Below are positions 61,287 through 64,000 of a stretch of 64,000 nt of DNA, piece by piece. Position 1 is the stretch's first letter. The number at the start of each line of letters is the position of its first letter. The stretch comes from a virus. Under the pieces are notes generated by a model that saw only the letters and a list, made by a program, of their open reading frames with translations, searched no databases and was not told where the DNA came from. The position numbers and the translations under genes were made by a program. Where the stretch lies: IMG/VR virus record IMGVR_UViG_3300046323_000419, positions 36,364 to 100,363 of that record; one strand, 5' to 3'.

Positions 61287-63203
61287 TTATTTTTTATTAG
61301 GTTTTTCAACAAAGTCTTTTAATGTATGACTTATTAAATTTAATGTATTTAATGCGGTTTTAACAGTTTCATTTTCTTTCCAATCAGAAAGTTCAATAAT
61401 AGTTTCAGATACTTCTTCAGAATGTCTTTCAAAAGATTCTAAAATTAACTCTTTAATAAATTTTTCGTCTTCTAATTCTTTAATAGCAACTTCTATCTTA
61501 ACATTTTTTTCAAAATCTTCAATAGATTTGATAGAATTATTAAATATTTCTTTATCAAATTTATTTACATCTGTAGTAGCTGGTAATATTATTACTGGAG
61601 ATTCTTTTTCAACTACTAAATCTTCTCTTTTAACCCATTTTGTTAATATACCATTATTAAAATAATATATTTTTTCAAAACCTAACTCTGTTATATTTCC
61701 AGTAAATGGTTTTCCATCAAACATTGCAATAGATACTGTTTTTGCAGGATCCATATCGATTACAGGATGTTTGGAAATATAAGATAATATTTGATGATCA
61801 ATATGTTTAATTGGCGGTTTTAATCCTTTTTGTATAATAACTGCTTTATTATAATCTTCAGAAGTTTTTAATAAAACACCATTTATAAAATAATGAAATT
61901 GTATATTATCAACCTCTTTTTTAAATGGGATAAATCCTTCTGTGTTTAATGCATTAAAATTAAAACAACCCTCTTTATAATTAAAAGCTAAACCTTTTAT
62001 ATTTTTAACATAAAGACTTGATGTAACAGAATCTATACCTGCGAATTTAAAACCCCAATTTTTTATATAAATATAAATACCGTTTATAAGAGACCCCTTT
62101 TCCCAATATCTTAAACTTTTAGAATAAACTTTACCATTATAATCTACAATAGTATGAATTGTTTTATCTTCATGTAAATTAGTCATTGAATATTTTTTAG
62201 TTTCTAAATTAGTATTAGTTGCTACTTCTTTTGGTGTTATACAATTTTCCCAATCACAATACTCATCCATATAACCACGTCGATTATACTTGGTATTATA
62301 TATAATTTCTTCACTTTGTCCAGCTTGCAGCCGACTAACTTTATGTTTTTCAGCATTTGCAAAATCACCATCTGTAATAATATAAACAGTATTATAATCT
62401 ATTTGTAAGTCATCTTTTTTAGAAGCACCTAAAACAGTTAAACTATTTTGTATAGATGAAAAAAACATACTGTTTTCATTTTTACAATAAACATTCATAG
62501 GTCTTTCTTCCATTTCAGTAACTATCATAGAACCTTTTGTTTGTTTGGAAGCACCTGACCATAAATATAATTTATTTGGTTCATCAATCCAAGTCCAAGC
62601 TAAAGCAGCTGCCCCAATATATTCACTTAAAACGTGAAACTTTTTTGTTTTATATAATATTTCACCTAATATTTCACTATCAATTTTATCACGAGTTGTT
62701 TCATAAGAGTGTCCACCATGTGTTAATTTTGTAATTTTTTCAGACAATTCAATATCATATTTTTTAGCTAATTCTTTATGATTTTTTAAAGTACCATTAT
62801 GACAAAAAATCATTTCATAACCTTCTTTATTTTTACTTGTACCAAATCCAAATGGATGAGCATTATCTTCTGTAATTGCAAAACCATAACTAGGTTGCCT
62901 AGTATGACCAATCATAATAGGGATTTTAGTAGGTTTAATTTCTCTATCTACAATAAAATCTGTATATAATTTGTCAAAACCAAGACCATATTGCACATCC
63001 CCATCCCACGATAACCCACAAGACATTTTACCTCTTTCTATATTGTAAATACCTAAGATATGTACACCATTAATATCTAAATTTTCAGGTTTATTTGTAG
63101 CCATTCCAAAAATTCCACAACTTAAAATATTTGATTTATAACCAAATAAAAAGTTACTTATATATTGTAATAATGCTAATATTAGAACTATTTTTACTAT
63201 CAT
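61287..63203 (-). CDS. Class II (Ntn) glutamine amidotransferase with N-terminal hydrophobic leader
   Basis: CGIFG (Cys29), GHTR, NAHPF, HNGT, IDSE, ERPM. Confidence 0.85.
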   Translation of the reverse strand: MIVKIVLILALLQYISNFLFGYKSNILSCGIFGMATNKPENLDINGVHILGIYNIERGKMSCGLSWDGDVQYGLGFDKLYTDFIVDREIKPTKIPIMIGHTRQPSYGFAITEDNAHPFGFGTSKNKEGYEMIFCHNGTLKNHKELAKKYDIELSEKITKLTHGGHSYETTRDKIDSEILGEILYKTKKFHVLSEYIGAAALAWTWIDEPNKLYLWSGASKQTKGSMIVTEMEERPMNVYCKNENSMFFSSIQNSLTVLGASKKDDLQIDYNTVYIITDGDFANAEKHKVSRLQAGQSEEIIYNTKYNRRGYMDEYCDWENCITPKEVATNTNLETKKYSMTNLHEDKTIHTIVDYNGKVYSKSLRYWEKGSLINGIYIYIKNWGFKFAGIDSVTSSLYVKNIKGLAFNYKEGCFNFNALNTEGFIPFKKEVDNIQFHYFINGVLLKTSEDYNKAVIIQKGLKPPIKHIDHQILSYISKHPVIDMDPAKTVSIAMFDGKPFTGNITELGFEKIYYFNNGILTKWVKREDLVVEKESPVIILPATTDVNKFDKEIFNNSIKSIEDFEKNVKIEVAIKELEDEKFIKELILESFERHSEEVSETIIELSDWKENETVKTALNTLNLISHTLKDFVEKPNKK

Positions 63204-63205
63204 TT

Positions 63206-64000
63206 TTATTTATTTAAAATTTCTATTTTAATATTATTAATTATTTCAATTTTATTTAACAATTCTTGAGCTAAATCTTTATTGTTAGTGTTAATTGCTT
63301 CTACAATATAAACACCTAATTCTTTAACTTCTTCAATTTTACTAGAATTAACTAAATCAATAGCTTTCATTGTAGTATTCCAAGCCCATTGTAAAGAGTT
63401 ATCAGTTTTAATCCAAAAATTAGATAAACTGCGATATTCAATTCCATATTCCCTAAATCTAAAACAACCTGCTTTACCATATAATTTTTTACGTTCTGTA
63501 TCAAAATCTAATAATACAGATTCTAAACCAACTGTAGCATCCATTGCTTTAACCATATCAAGTTGTTGTTCTTGAGTAGGGTTATCCCAACCTATTGAAA
63601 TATGTCCTCCAGCACTTCTTAGACTAGTTAAACTTAAATCTGCGGGTTCATTAATACATTCATTCCATACATCGAAATCTGGTTCACAACCTGCAAGACG
63701 CGCAATATCGTTGTCTAACTCAGATTCATCTAATATTGCAGAAGGTTGAATTGCTAATGTGTAACCCATTCCAGATACTAATACTTCTAAATAATCTTTA
63801 ACAAAATTATTATGATATACCCAATCAGTAACTGTATTACAAGGTGGAATATTATATTCAATTGCAACATTATCTTCTTGAATAAAATGACCATCTTTAG
63901 AAATGGCTTGAGGCTCTGATTTAGAGCCTCCTATTTTACCAATTGCTGAAATAATTTTATTATCTTTTTGTAGAAATAATTCTGGATCTGTACCTAAAGT
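63206..64000 (-). CDS. phiEco32-like COOH-NH2 ligase type 2 (5' partial; extends beyond window)
   Basis: In-frame upstream of annotated ATG: TLGTDPELFL..GGSK..QEDNVAIEYNIPP; then GCEPDF, RSAGGHI, LYGKAG.FR..YGIEYRSLSNFW. Confidence 0.88.
   Translation of the reverse strand, partial: TLGTDPELFLQKDNKIISAIGKIGGSKSEPQAISKDGHFIQEDNVAIEYNIPPCNTVTDWVYHNNFVKDYLEVLVSGMGYTLAIQPSAILDESELDNDIARLAGCEPDFDVWNECINEPADLSLTSLRSAGGHISIGWDNPTQEQQLDMVKAMDATVGLESVLLDFDTERKKLYGKAGCFRFREYGIEYRSLSNFWIKTDNSLQWAWNTTMKAIDLVNSSKIEEVKELGVYIVEAINTNNKDLAQELLNKIEIINNIKIEILNK

Noticed and set aside
1-64000. Stop-codon reassignment (TAG or TGA) as in some crAss-like phages
   Set aside because: Giant genes are uninterrupted under the standard code, and TAG (6574, 58870) and TGA (36038, 10121) end genes right where the next gene starts.

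Overview
Very AT-rich segment of a crAss-like (Crassvirales-type) podophage genome. The host is probably a Bacteroidota/Flavobacteriia bacterium (TAnnTTTG promoters, A-rich non-Shine-Dalgarno starts), and the standard genetic code is used. The + strand arm (1-46755) is the late/virion module just downstream of where the major capsid gene is expected. It holds ring and auxiliary capsid proteins, mosaic tail fibres including a GH-A clan glycoside hydrolase spike, a lysis cassette with a GH19 endolysin, a stand-alone metallophosphoesterase, tail tubular/IHF-like/muzzle genes, and the ejected cargo genes with a 2167-aa virion RNA polymerase (DFDID). A ~6 kb higher-GC structural cassette is inserted after the RNAP. 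The - strand arm (46824-64000) converges on a bidirectional terminator. It encodes ThyX, a phosphoesterase, an SF2 helicase, a tRNA-like element plus a ~205-nt structured ncRNA, RNR alpha/beta, nucleases, a degenerate UDG, and a phiEco32-like amidoligase / Ntn-amidotransferase / COOH-NH2 ligase cluster. The most striking pattern is that the giant cargo proteins are cysteine-free except for single terminal cysteines arranged head-to-tail in gene order, with a 113-aa two-Cys adaptor that would keep the chain intact across the inserted cassette. This suggests a disulfide-linked ejection chain. Family assignments come from motif recognition by eye; no searches were run.
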